64,000 nucleotides of DNA from Candidatus Uhrbacteria bacterium (GTDB lineage: Bacteria; Patescibacteriota; Patescibacteriia; UBA9934): the NCBI GenBank assembly GCA_018673485.1, contig JABHCP010000001.1, positions 3,512 through 67,511 on the forward strand. Direction: 5' to 3'. The notes under the pieces are model-generated. The model worked only from the letters and a program-made list of their open reading frames with translations. It was not told the DNA's origin and did not search any database. Of this stretch, positions 19,938-29,295 are shown piece by piece (position 1 is the first letter of the stretch; each line of letters opens with the position of its first letter). A program made the position numbers and the translations under genes.

Positions 19938-21749
19938 TTATGAACTAAAGAAGGAACACGCGTTGTCCGATGGCGCTCCATTGCAACAATAAGGGTAATC
20001 ACTATCTGTACCACAGCTTCCTCCAGAAGTATCTGGCCCTTCTCCTGGTGCAAAACAATTTTGATACTGGTTCTTTACCCCATCCCCAACATCTGTTGTG
20101 TAATAATATGTAGCTGTATCAACACTTTCAAAAAATACTCCATGATAGATCTCTGCCTGAGTTACAACTGGGCTTAAACCAGTTTCTGACGTGTCACCAC
20201 CAAATATATCTAACGAATTTGACCAAACCGTATACCACATCTCATGCAACGGGCTTGAAGTAAGGTCGATGAAATTTTCTGTGTCGGTTGAGCTTGTAAG
20301 CGTTGACGTCATCATTATTGAATCAAAGGTAACTAGAACTGTTTGATCCAAAGCCACATCTTCTTCCAAAATATTTGGAGAAATATCGACTATCACAGGT
20401 GCGTCCAAGCTGATATCACCCGTTGTTGTAAAACTCCACACATAATCGTCACCAGCTGTACCATCGCCGTCACCATCGAGCCCGTTACCGGACGTATCAG
20501 CTATTCCGTCATAAGGAGAAATATCAACCTGCGGTGGCTCGGCCCCTATTGTCGGTGCACCAACAGTTACAGTAATTGGCTGACTGCCGGGTAAACAATA
20601 AATTGTTTGTCCGCAAGAGTTTGTGCCACAAGGGTCGTCTGACGTAAACGTGACTGTTCTATAACCATTACTAATTACATATTCACCGGCAGTTGGTGTT
20701 CCGCTATCACCCGTAACTTGGATGTTGTCAAAACCTGAATCGGTACCGCGTATACCTGTGGCACTAGTTAAGTCCACCGCTTCGCTGAAGGTTATCTCGA
20801 CCGTAATGTTTCTATCATAACTTCCAGACGCTACTGGAGTGACAGTTCTAACGCTTGGTGGAGTAAGATCAATTTCAGTTCCAACTTCAAATGACCACTC
20901 GTACCCTCCGCCATTTAATACTGTAGATCCTTCGGCGGTTTTTATACTGTCGTCGAGGAACACAGTGTATGAGGTGTCGTCAGTTGGAGAACCCAAAAGC
21001 GGCGTGTCGAATACAAATGTTTTTAAATCATCAGTGAAAGTAACACTTACCTCCGTTGATGCAAACACTGTACCGTCCTCATCTGCTGATTGATAAATGA
21101 TTATATTATCTGCGTTTAGCGCGGTGTCAACCGTGTCATCTGAAAGGTCTTCTGGAGTTCCGTTCACATCGTACCCCTCAATAAATGACTCAATGTCCAT
21201 CGCTTCTTTAAAGGTAACGAAAATTCGCGTGTTGCGAGCAACCTCGGTTGCGTTACGTGCTGGGTAATGATCGCTAAGTCCGCCCGACCCTAATGAGCCT
21301 GACAATCGCTCAGCAGATATTGTAGTCGAAGAAGACGTTGACGATGTGCCGGTGCTTGAAATTGCTCCAGTCAACGCACTAATGATAAATGCAGTAATCG
21401 CATATGCCCCCAATGTGATAATCAAACCAATGGTTGCGTTGATAAGTATTGTCTTTGCCTTGTCGACCTTGTCGCCCTCGCCACCGGCTGTCATCCAAAG
21501 GAATCCAGCATACAGAACGAGAAGTAAGAAGATGACTCCTAATGTACTTAGGAATACTTTTATAATTGTCCCGATGAGTTCTGCTAAGTCTGTATCTTGA
21601 AGTCCTGATGCATCTCCGGTAGCTTCCAGTCCTTCAGCGACTTGCGCGAATGCAGGTACTGCACTAAAAACAAAAAGCATCAGTACAAAAAAACTGACAC
21701 CTACCATCAACATACTCGCTTTGGGTAGAAGCGCTCTAAATATATTCAT
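19938..21749 (-). CDS. VirB2-like pilin fused to Ig-like (SbsA/Big_5-type) domains
   Basis: YAGFLWMTAGGEGDKVDKAKTILINA; P....V.RN..I.VTF and YxWSF repeats. Confidence 0.8.
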   Translation of the reverse strand: MNIFRALLPKASMLMVGVSFFVLMLFVFSAVPAFAQVAEGLEATGDASGLQDTDLAELIGTIIKVFLSTLGVIFLLLVLYAGFLWMTAGGEGDKVDKAKTILINATIGLIITLGAYAITAFIISALTGAISSTGTSSTSSSTTISAERLSGSLGSGGLSDHYPARNATEVARNTRIFVTFKEAMDIESFIEGYDVNGTPEDLSDDTVDTALNADNIIIYQSADEDGTVFASTEVSVTFTDDLKTFVFDTPLLGSPTDDTSYTVFLDDSIKTAEGSTVLNGGGYEWSFEVGTEIDLTPPSVRTVTPVASGSYDRNITVEITFSEAVDLTSATGIRGTDSGFDNIQVTGDSGTPTAGEYVISNGYRTVTFTSDDPCGTNSCGQTIYCLPGSQPITVTVGAPTIGAEPPQVDISPYDGIADTSGNGLDGDGDGTAGDDYVWSFTTTGDISLDAPVIVDISPNILEEDVALDQTVLVTFDSIMMTSTLTSSTDTENFIDLTSSPLHEMWYTVWSNSLDIFGGDTSETGLSPVVTQAEIYHGVFFESVDTATYYYTTDVGDGVKNQYQNCFAPGEGPDTSGGSCGTDSDYPYCCNGAPSDNACSFFSS

Positions 21750-21840
21750 AAATATTTCTATTGTAAGTCATTACGACTAACAACATTATACCGCAAATGC
21801 ATGATATCTTCGCGATGAAATGTGGACAAAGAACAAACCA

Positions 21841-21871
21841 AAACACCACTCGATATTTTCGAGTGGTGTTT
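21841..21871 (-). terminator. probable intrinsic terminator
   Basis: aaacaccactcga-tattt-tcgagtggtgttt. Confidence 0.65.
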
Positions 21872-21892
21872 ATCATTTCATCTTTCAATTTT

Positions 21893-24800
21893 CTATTGAG
21901 ATAACTCTGTGCGCTTCTTCATTACCTTACCTTCAAGATCAAGATCATCGGCCTCGTCAACATCATCTCCTTGCGTAAACCTCGGAAAAAACGTTGCCTC
22001 GACATCTATGATGTATTGGTTCCAATTGTCGCCATATAGTGTGTTTGCAACCTCTTCTGAGGCTATCCAGCGGATAGTGATTCCATCTGAATCTATTGCA
22101 TAGACCTTAGGGTCAGACTGGATCTTGATGAGTACGACACCTGGATTAGGAAGCATCGGATGTCCTAAAGTTATTGTTGTCAACGTTGCGTCCGTTACTG
22201 TCTTCACGTTATCGAAGTTATCTTGGTAGGTAAAGAATGTCTGTGCATCCATGAAAGGACGTCGGACCATATCACCTGTTGAGCTATCGGTGTCGAGGTA
22301 ATAAACAGTTGAGAAGTATGAACTTCGGATGTAATCCCCTATCTCAGTTACAGATATGTCCTCAACTTCTCCTGTCACTGGTGAGTAGCCTTGTTCTCCC
22401 GTGGTTGGTTCTGTGACCTCGGAAGTTGGATCTTCGTCGATCGTATTATCGGTTGAGTCTTCTGTGCCGTCATCCGCACCGTTGAGCGCACAACTCTCGG
22501 TCTCGAAGGTGGCTGTGATCTCTGCGAGGTCTGTTCCTTCGATCTTAAACTGTAGTGTAGATCCTGCAATGTCCGCTGGTATTGTCCAAGTGTAGTTCTC
22601 TGTGTTAGTTATTGGGCCTTCAATGAGAGTATATGTTATTCCTGCGTCTGTTGAGTAATATAGATTGACGAGGTTCACAGAAGAGTTTGAAGCCCATGCA
22701 AGGGCGATGTTCTCTCCAGGGTTGAAACCTTCTTCGCATGTTCCAGATGCACTTGAGGACTCTGAGATTGAATCTACTGGATTGTCGTCTGTTCCAGAGC
22801 CAATGGATGGGTCTGGAGCGGACGATGAGACTGAGACGCCTCCAGAGGATGCTGTTGTGAATGTGGCAGGGTGGGTAACGCCAGCAATAGCACCACCGAA
22901 TGCTGTGGCGGCGGCGTCTGCCGCTACTGTCATTGTGAATGTGTAATCTGTTGAACTTTCGAATTGGTCATGTGTGACAGTTAAAACGGTATTACCTACT
23001 GTCCATGCATCTACCTTACCTCCAGGATCTGCTGATAGCGTATATGCTGCAGTGCCTGTGTTAATAGCCTCCGAGAAAGTAACTACAATATCTTCTGAGG
23101 TTGAAACGTTTGTTTCAGCGTCAGCTGGAGAAAGGACTGTAATAACAGGACCGGTTCTGTCTCCATACACAACATTTGCGAAAGCTCCGATGTCAGTGTT
23201 TGTGTTTGTTCCATCTGTTATTGAAAAGTTTACCTGTGAAAGAACAGATAGAGTACCTGAACCTTCGTTGGTATCTACTACTGTTGCCGGAGTTGCAAGC
23301 GTAATCTCAAGACTGCCGACTGTTCCCTGAACAAGATCTGTTGTGGAACCTCCAAAGGCTAGGTTGTCGAAATCTCCGTCAACGTCCACGCTCAAGTCTG
23401 CGTAACGGATGACCGAGGCGGCTGTAATGTTTTCTGAAAATCTTAGATCAAGAGTATCTACTTTACCGTCCGCATCTTGGTCGGAATAGTTTATATCTGT
23501 AATACGAGGTTTCGCGCCGTCCGTTGCTGCTTTAGAACCTGAGGTTGTTGAGTTTGCTGAGGTATCATCGATCGATCCAGCGATTGTAATAGTGGGGGTA
23601 ACAGAAGTATCTCCAATACTCTTTTCTGTAAGAACTACTGTAATTTGTGAATCAGCAGTACGTGAGGCTGACGCTACGGTGTAGCTGTCAGAGGACGTGA
23701 AGTCAGCTCCGGCGATCGTTCCAGTTTCAACGTCTTCAGTCATTGTTAAAATAACGGCGTCGATGTAACCATCTGAATCTGTGTCATCTGTGGCCGCTGA
23801 TGAGATTGATGGGCCGTAGAGGTCAACAGCAGACAACGAACCGTCTCCACCGTTAGTAGCTGCGTCTGGTCCAGTTCCTCCAGCAGAAACAGTTGAAGCG
23901 ACAAGACTGGAAAGATAATTAGACGAATCCGCACCATAGGCAACGCGAATACGCCCTCCTCCACCTCCACCACCGTTTGTGGTTGTTCCAGAAGAATCAT
24001 GTCCGTCACCTCCAATGGCTGTAATGGCTCCACTCGTACCAGAAAAAGCACCAGCTGTTACGATTTTAATGGACCCTCCAGAACCACCACCAGTTGACTC
24101 AGTCGAATCTCCATTACCAGCAGATCCATTAGCCGTTAAAGAACCACTTACAACTATGTCACCAACTGAATCAAGAATAATTAACCCACCACCACTAGCT
24201 CCAGCTTTATTAGCTGTTCCACCAGATGAAGAACCAAAAAGTATAGGATCTGTAGAAGAACCATAACTAGCTCCGTAATCGTTTGCTAAGTTTCCTCCTG
24301 CTCCATCTCCACCTGTGCCACCGTGTCCGGCACCCTGAGTGGAAAGAATTGAGTTTGCATAACCATGACCATAACCAGATCCAACCTGACTTTGACTACA
24401 GACGTTTGATCCGCTTGGTCCAAAACCATTTCCGTTACCAACCCCTGTACATCCTTTTCCATTTGCATTGATAGCCGATGTACCATCGATTGATAACGAA
24501 GCCAAGTTTTGCCAATCAACACTTCCATTGATCGTTGAGCCTGTCATGGTAACAGCGGCAGCCTCATTCAAAGTCATCGTGATTGCGGCAGGCAAGCTAA
24601 TCGTAGCCGAGCTAAACCCAACTGTTCCAGTTGATGAAAGATCGAAGTTTGTTATCGCTTCCGTGGAGCAGTCCAATACATTTATGAATGTAATATTGGT
24701 TGCAGTAAGCGATGGCGTTGCATCTATTGATGCATCACAATACATAGACACTACAGATGAATCTGTCGTCCATGTTGTTGCAGAATAATCTCCAGTAAAG

Positions 24801-25924
24801 CTGAATCCATGATACGTAGTTACCGCATTCGTTCCTGTATTTTTTGTGTAGACCGTACCGGTACCTCCCTCATCTGCATCGTCAGGTCCAGCACCTCCCG
24901 CTACAGCAAAAACACCTGATCCATAACTTGTAAAACTGTTTACACCATAGGTTAATGCAATACGTCCCCCACCACCTCCTCCACCGTCATATCCAGCACC
25001 ATCATACCCATCACCACCATCTGCAGATAATGCTCCTGTGCTTCCGGAAAGCGCTCCTGTTACAGCGATATCAACCGATCCACCGCCACCTCCTCCAACA
25101 CCTTGATTGCTGGCTCCAGGCCCATTAGCTCCATTCGCAGAGACTGAGCCATTAAAGGTAAAACCTCCGCCTATTACTAATTTAACTAAACCGCCTCCAT
25201 CACCTCCTGTGGTACTTGTGAAACCTCCAGAAGAAGAACCAAACAAAACAGGTACTGTAGAACTACCATAAGTAGATCCATTAGCATTTAGTTCATATGA
25301 TGGCCCCAGCGCAGCATCTCCATCCCCACCAGCACCTCCGTGACCAGCACCACTACCTGAACGTAGGCTAACTCCAGCCGCACCTCCACCATACCCTGCG
25401 GTATCAACTGTGCAGACATTAAATTCATTTGGCCCAAATCCATTACTACCTGAAGCTCCCTGACACCCCTTCTCATCCACATTAATCCCATTTCCTGCGT
25501 AAATTGTAAAATTACCAGATGTAGATATTAGCACTCCCTGCATATCAAACCCTGCGGTTGGATCGTTATCCCAACCCGCTCCAGCGTGAGTTAGGAATGC
25601 ATAGTCTGATCCATCTGCCAGACCATTACCAATCGTTACAGATGCTACATTTATTTCTTTATCTAAAAGACAATATCCGTCATTATTTCCATTCAAGAAA
25701 GTGACATCATCTGACGTTGTCCATGAACCCTCATCGAGCTCGGAACCACCTGGGGCGTCTGTTGGCACAACCGGAGAAGCTGCCGTACCATCACAGTATG
25801 CAGTTATGGTTGCGGCTTGTGCCTCCGGAACATTCACCATAAAGGTGAATGGAACTAAAACCATTGCAATGATGGAAGTATTGCAAATTAATAAGGCAAG
25901 TGATCTTGTCTTCATATTTTTCAT
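21893..25924 (-). CDS. large secreted glycine-rich surface protein with Ig-like domains and a C-terminal surface repeat domain
   Basis: Signal peptide (..PEAQA); duplicated GAGHGG..FGSSSGG..GGGGGGRI module; C-terminal VYYLD..RRPF / KVYAI..RWI repeat; start moved to MKNMKT, which follows TGCTATAAT. Confidence 0.75.
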   Translation of the reverse strand: MKNMKTRSLALLICNTSIIAMVLVPFTFMVNVPEAQAATITAYCDGTAASPVVPTDAPGGSELDEGSWTTSDDVTFLNGNNDGYCLLDKEINVASVTIGNGLADGSDYAFLTHAGAGWDNDPTAGFDMQGVLISTSGNFTIYAGNGINVDEKGCQGASGSNGFGPNEFNVCTVDTAGYGGGAAGVSLRSGSGAGHGGAGGDGDAALGPSYELNANGSTYGSSTVPVLFGSSSGGFTSTTGGDGGGLVKLVIGGGFTFNGSVSANGANGPGASNQGVGGGGGGSVDIAVTGALSGSTGALSADGGDGYDGAGYDGGGGGGGRIALTYGVNSFTSYGSGVFAVAGGAGPDDADEGGTGTVYTKNTGTNAVTTYHGFSFTGDYSATTWTTDSSVVSMYCDASIDATPSLTATNITFINVLDCSTEAITNFDLSSTGTVGFSSATISLPAAITMTLNEAAAVTMTGSTINGSVDWQNLASLSIDGTSAINANGKGCTGVGNGNGFGPSGSNVCSQSQVGSGYGHGYANSILSTQGAGHGGTGGDGAGGNLANDYGASYGSSTDPILFGSSSGGTANKAGASGGGLIILDSVGDIVVSGSLTANGSAGNGDSTESTGGGSGGSIKIVTAGAFSGTSGAITAIGGDGHDSSGTTTNGGGGGGGRIRVAYGADSSNYLSSLVASTVSAGGTGPDAATNGGDGSLSAVDLYGPSISSAATDDTDSDGYIDAVILTMTEDVETGTIAGADFTSSDSYTVASASRTADSQITVVLTEKSIGDTSVTPTITIAGSIDDTSANSTTSGSKAATDGAKPRITDINYSDQDADGKVDTLDLRFSENITAASVIRYADLSVDVDGDFDNLAFGGSTTDLVQGTVGSLEITLATPATVVDTNEGSGTLSVLSQVNFSITDGTNTNTDIGAFANVVYGDRTGPVITVLSPADAETNVSTSEDIVVTFSEAINTGTAAYTLSADPGGKVDAWTVGNTVLTVTHDQFESSTDYTFTMTVAADAAATAFGGAIAGVTHPATFTTASSGGVSVSSSAPDPSIGSGTDDNPVDSISESSSASGTCEEGFNPGENIALAWASNSSVNLVNLYYSTDAGITYTLIEGPITNTENYTWTIPADIAGSTLQFKIEGTDLAEITATFETESCALNGADDGTEDSTDNTIDEDPTSEVTEPTTGEQGYSPVTGEVEDISVTEIGDYIRSSYFSTVYYLDTDSSTGDMVRRPFMDAQTFFTYQDNFDNVKTVTDATLTTITLGHPMLPNPGVVLIKIQSDPKVYAIDSDGITIRWIASEEVANTLYGDNWNQYIIDVEATFFPRFTQGDDVDEADDLDLEGKVMKKRTELSQ

Positions 25925-26007
25925 GTTTAAATTGTTGGCTATATTATAGCACCGCGGAGTGCTAAAAAAAACAAACATGGGGATAGAAAAAACCCCGCAT
26001 CACACCA

Positions 26008-26077
26008 CCATCCCGAGCACAGCAAGGGATCTTCTAATTAAGAAGATTTCTCCCCCGTCAGACGGGGTTCGAAATGG
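26008..26077. repeat. CATCCCGAG-type REP-like palindrome
   Basis: ccatcccgagc..gggatcttct..agaagatttctccc..cgaaatgg. Confidence 0.5.
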
Positions 26078-26113
26078 GAATATGTTACGGAGATTCTAAA
26101 ATGATTCAATTGA

Positions 26114-26560
26114 TTACTCACTTAACAATCTTGCCAACATCGCTTTCACGCGTTTGCCGTCGACCTGACCCTTGAGTTCTTCCATAACTTTACCCATCGC
26201 CTTGCCCATGCCCGACATGTCACCGACTTCAAGTTCGTCAATCACTTTCTTTACCGCCTTTTCTAAATCTTCCTCTGACATCTCAGGTGGTAAATACTTT
26301 TTTAAAACCTTCATTTCAGATCGTGCCTTGTCAGCCAAGTCCTCACGCTCCCCTTTTACAAAACTCTCAAGTGAGTCTTCGATCTTTTTCACGTCAGACT
26401 TAATCACTGCAACAACGTCAGCGTCCTCAAGCTCTTCCTTTAAATCAATTACTTTATTCTTAAGTGAGGCCATGAGCATTCGCAAAACACTAAGCGTCTC
26501 GGCATCCCTTCCCTTCATCGCTACCTTGATGTCATCAGATATTTTTTCGTACAAATTCAT
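26114..26560 (-). CDS. GatB/YqeY domain protein
   Basis: DIKVAMK, YLPPEMSEE, MGKAMG..GQVDGK; downstream of rpsU as usual. Confidence 0.95.
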   Translation of the reverse strand: MNLYEKISDDIKVAMKGRDAETLSVLRMLMASLKNKVIDLKEELEDADVVAVIKSDVKKIEDSLESFVKGEREDLADKARSEMKVLKKYLPPEMSEEDLEKAVKKVIDELEVGDMSGMGKAMGKVMEELKGQVDGKRVKAMLARLLSE

Positions 26561-26571
26561 ATTTTGAATAT

Positions 26572-26764
26572 AAAGTTAAAAGTTGAAAGTTGAAAGTCTA
26601 AAGCTTTAAACTTTGGACTTTAGGCTTAGTTAGAAGTATACAGTAGGCGGTTATCAGTGGCTAGGCAGTGCGGGTTTAAATTGTTTAATCGCTCGGCTCC
26701 GCCATCACTTGTTTAAAATGTTTATTTCGAAGTAAACACTTTAAACAATTTAAACATCTTAAAC
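26572..26764. repeat. 7-mer (AAAGTT/AACTTT) and 9-mer (TTTAAACA) short-repeat arrays
   Basis: aaagttaaaagttgaaagttgaaag..ctttaaactttggacttt; tttaaacaatttaaacatcttaaac. Confidence 0.6.
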
Positions 26765-26795
26765 AAAAATTAGGGCGCTAGGCCCTAATTTTTAA

Positions 26796-27053
26796 TTATC
26801 GTTTTCGGTATCCACCGCGTTTGCGGTCGTCTTCATTGATCTGACCAGTTTTGATCATCCAAGCTCGCTTATCTCCGATCTTCATACCGCGCAATGCGCT
26901 GTCCTTTCGCTTGTTTTTTGTCTTATCTTTCGCGTGATATCTCTTTCCTGCAACTGTTAACTTTTTACCAGATTGCATAAATCGACGTGAAAATCGACGA
27001 TACATCGCCTCAAAACTTTCTCCTTTTTTTCGTTTGATAAATATATCTGACAT
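26796..27053 (-). CDS. rpsU: 30S ribosomal protein bS21
   Basis: KGESFEAMYRRFSRR motif, very basic, next to yqeY. Confidence 0.85.
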   Translation of the reverse strand: MSDIFIKRKKGESFEAMYRRFSRRFMQSGKKLTVAGKRYHAKDKTKNKRKDSALRGMKIGDKRAWMIKTGQINEDDRKRGGYRKR

Positions 27054-27059
27054 GTGCTT

Positions 27060-27126
27060 TCACCTTCCTTTCTCTGTTTGATAAGAATTACGCACGAATA
27101 GTAGCTTATTGATGCATAAATGTCAA
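27060..27126 (-). promoter_or_regulatory. rpsU sigma70 promoter and extended Shine-Dalgarno
   Basis: TTGACA-17-TACTAT (27126-27098); AAAGGAAGGTG ending 7 nt before the ATG. Confidence 0.7.
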
Positions 27127-27274
27127 CAGTAAGGGTTTGAGTTGTTGAAGGTGTTTAAGGTGTTTATTTTGAAGTAAACATTTTAAACATTTAAACACTT
27201 TAAACCTTCCCCATAAAAGCAAAAGTCCCACCCGAGGATCGCCAAGGGTGAGAATCGAATTGTCTACGTTGGAC

Positions 27275-28003
27275 CTAACTGCCCCAAATCGCCCTGCGCA
27301 CAGCTTCTTGCAAGGTCTTACCCTCACCATCATGTTGCCTAGACACAAGAGCTGTATCACCACCACCGTCGAGCTTCATCATGAAGGAAAACGAGTAGGT
27401 CCCATCGTCCAAGCACGACGCGATAGCGGTACGCTCAGCGAACTGCCTCCACAGGTTGGAGGGGAGCGCGCCGAGCAAACGCTGATCCTTCAAGATCGGG
27501 AAAAACCAATCCCCCATTTGGATATGCGTTGCACACAGTGGCCCAGCGGGAACGCCAGCGGTCTTGAGCTTGAATTGACAACCAGGCTGCAAGAACTCTC
27601 CCAGAGAAACGGGCTGAGCCAGCGGCACACGCACCCACGCCCGACTGGTATTGGGAACAAAGATGGCCAGGAATTTCTCAGGACCCGGGAAGGTGTTTGG
27701 CCAGATCATTGCCTGGACTACACCGTCAGGACACTGCTCGATGATCTCGATCGCATCGATGACAATTTCGTAGGACTCAAACTTGATCCAGGAGCCACCA
27801 GCGCCCAAGCCGACCATACACGTGACCGTAATGGAGACCTGAGAGCCATCAATGGACACGAGCTCTATCTCATAGATCTTGTTGCGATCCATACGAGCGT
27901 GCCCCTCATCGTCCACATCGCAGACCTGGACCTGATACACGACCTTGCGCTGAAACTGTGAAAGGAAACTGAACATCGTACAGGCTGATTCGATCTTAGT
28001 CAT
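27275..28003 (-). CDS. GC-rich orphan protein
   Basis: GGAGGT SD before ATG at 28003; TTGACG-17-TAAGGT promoter; terminator at 27214-27250. Confidence 0.6.
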   Translation of the reverse strand: MTKIESACTMFSFLSQFQRKVVYQVQVCDVDDEGHARMDRNKIYEIELVSIDGSQVSITVTCMVGLGAGGSWIKFESYEIVIDAIEIIEQCPDGVVQAMIWPNTFPGPEKFLAIFVPNTSRAWVRVPLAQPVSLGEFLQPGCQFKLKTAGVPAGPLCATHIQMGDWFFPILKDQRLLGALPSNLWRQFAERTAIASCLDDGTYSFSFMMKLDGGGDTALVSRQHDGEGKTLQEAVRRAIWGS

Positions 28004-28167
28004 TAGCACCTCCAGGCAACTTGACCAGATGAGTTCTCCTAAACGGAGAAAGCACCTTAACAAACAATCGACTTTGCGTCAATCTTAGCCCTAAAAGCAA
28101 AAGTCCCCACCCGGCGATCCCGGGTGGAGTTAGACGCTGACCTTGCGGTCTAGATTGTGAGCTCGAG

Positions 28168-29022
28168 CTACTCGTCGGCCTGCTCGAAGAGATGTCGGTA
28201 CTGCTCGACCCGAAAGAGGATGTCGGGAACGGTCAGATGAGCCCGGAGACGCTGCATGATAGTGACAGCCATGGGATCTCCACAGAGATACCCAGCGACA
28301 TCGATAGGTATGAAAATGATGTCTCGTGCGCCCTGAACGCCAGGAAGTCCCTCCTCGACATCGAACGAAAGCCGGAACTTGAAGCCACCTTCGCCAGTGC
28401 CGTCGAGGTGGTCCCAGTCCACGTTCGCGACCAAGGAGCCAACTCCCTCGCCGATACGAACGTTCGCAGCTACGAAACCACGGTTCATGCACATGCCAGT
28501 GGTGCCGGGAAGCTCGAAGATCACAGGAATCGGACAATTGTCTTCACCGCCGCCAGCGCACTGGGCCAACTCGGCCTGAGCTGCCGTCACGGCGCTATCT
28601 TCCCGACTCATCTCCGGACGCCAGTACGTACCACCGGCGACCAGCTCCATATATCCACCCATGGCAACCTGACGACGCCTCAGCAAGCCCACGTAGATCT
28701 CGCCGCTCGGGGACTTGGTGTAGAGAAGTAGCGCTGGGCCACCACCACCGGGCTCCCGATAAAGGATACCTGCGTAGCCACCCAGATCGACCAGGTCGAC
28801 GCGTCGGTAGATCGTCTTCTCAGGACTGACGAGCACGAAGCAGGCACGCCCCACGCTCCCATCCGGGTAACGCTTGACGTGAACCTCCCAGTCGCACATC
28901 CCCGACGGGATGTCAGCCATCAGATCGAGCTGCCAGGCGGGAAGCCCTGCCACGAACGGATCAGGGTGCTGCCAAAGCTCCAACTCGCTCACACCATCAG
29001 TCTGCGTAGTGTCATTGCACAT
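28168..29022 (-). CDS. GC-rich orphan with degenerate NUDIX-like motif
   Basis: TTGACA-17-TAGAAA promoter, GAAAGG SD, GGTYWRPE..AAQAELAQCAG segment, terminator at 28092-28129. Confidence 0.65.
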   Translation of the reverse strand: MCNDTTQTDGVSELELWQHPDPFVAGLPAWQLDLMADIPSGMCDWEVHVKRYPDGSVGRACFVLVSPEKTIYRRVDLVDLGGYAGILYREPGGGGPALLLYTKSPSGEIYVGLLRRRQVAMGGYMELVAGGTYWRPEMSREDSAVTAAQAELAQCAGGGEDNCPIPVIFELPGTTGMCMNRGFVAANVRIGEGVGSLVANVDWDHLDGTGEGGFKFRLSFDVEEGLPGVQGARDIIFIPIDVAGYLCGDPMAVTIMQRLRAHLTVPDILFRVEQYRHLFEQADE

Positions 29023-29195
29023 ACCTTTCTCCGATGTTCACTACGGTGAACACAGTGCTGTTCATTTGATAGACCATGCTCCCTTATGGAAGTACCAGCT
29101 TTCTACCAAATATTAGCCACTTTGTCAACCCAAAAACCCGCCGTTTCCGACGGGTTTTTAAATTATTGTACTTCTATCCCCTCTTCGACCGACAT

Positions 29196-29295
29196 CTGGG
29201 TTCTGAATTATTGAGATCCCTCGGCTTCGACCCGTCTGACGGGTCTTCGCTCGGGATGACGGCTTCTGGAGTGCTGTTATCCGCTGCCGTCACTT
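29196..29295. repeat. GGATGAC-type element overlapping the hisS stop codon
   Basis: About 100 nt homologous to 51744-51851. Confidence 0.8.

Noticed and set aside
9933-21749. Conjugative T4SS / ICE
   Set aside because: Only pilin-like domains; no VirB4, coupling protein, relaxase or integrase in the window
27248-27961. 237-aa plus-strand ORF (and 28192-28731)
   Set aside because: Antisense shadow of GC-rich genes; promoter, SD and terminator all support the minus strand
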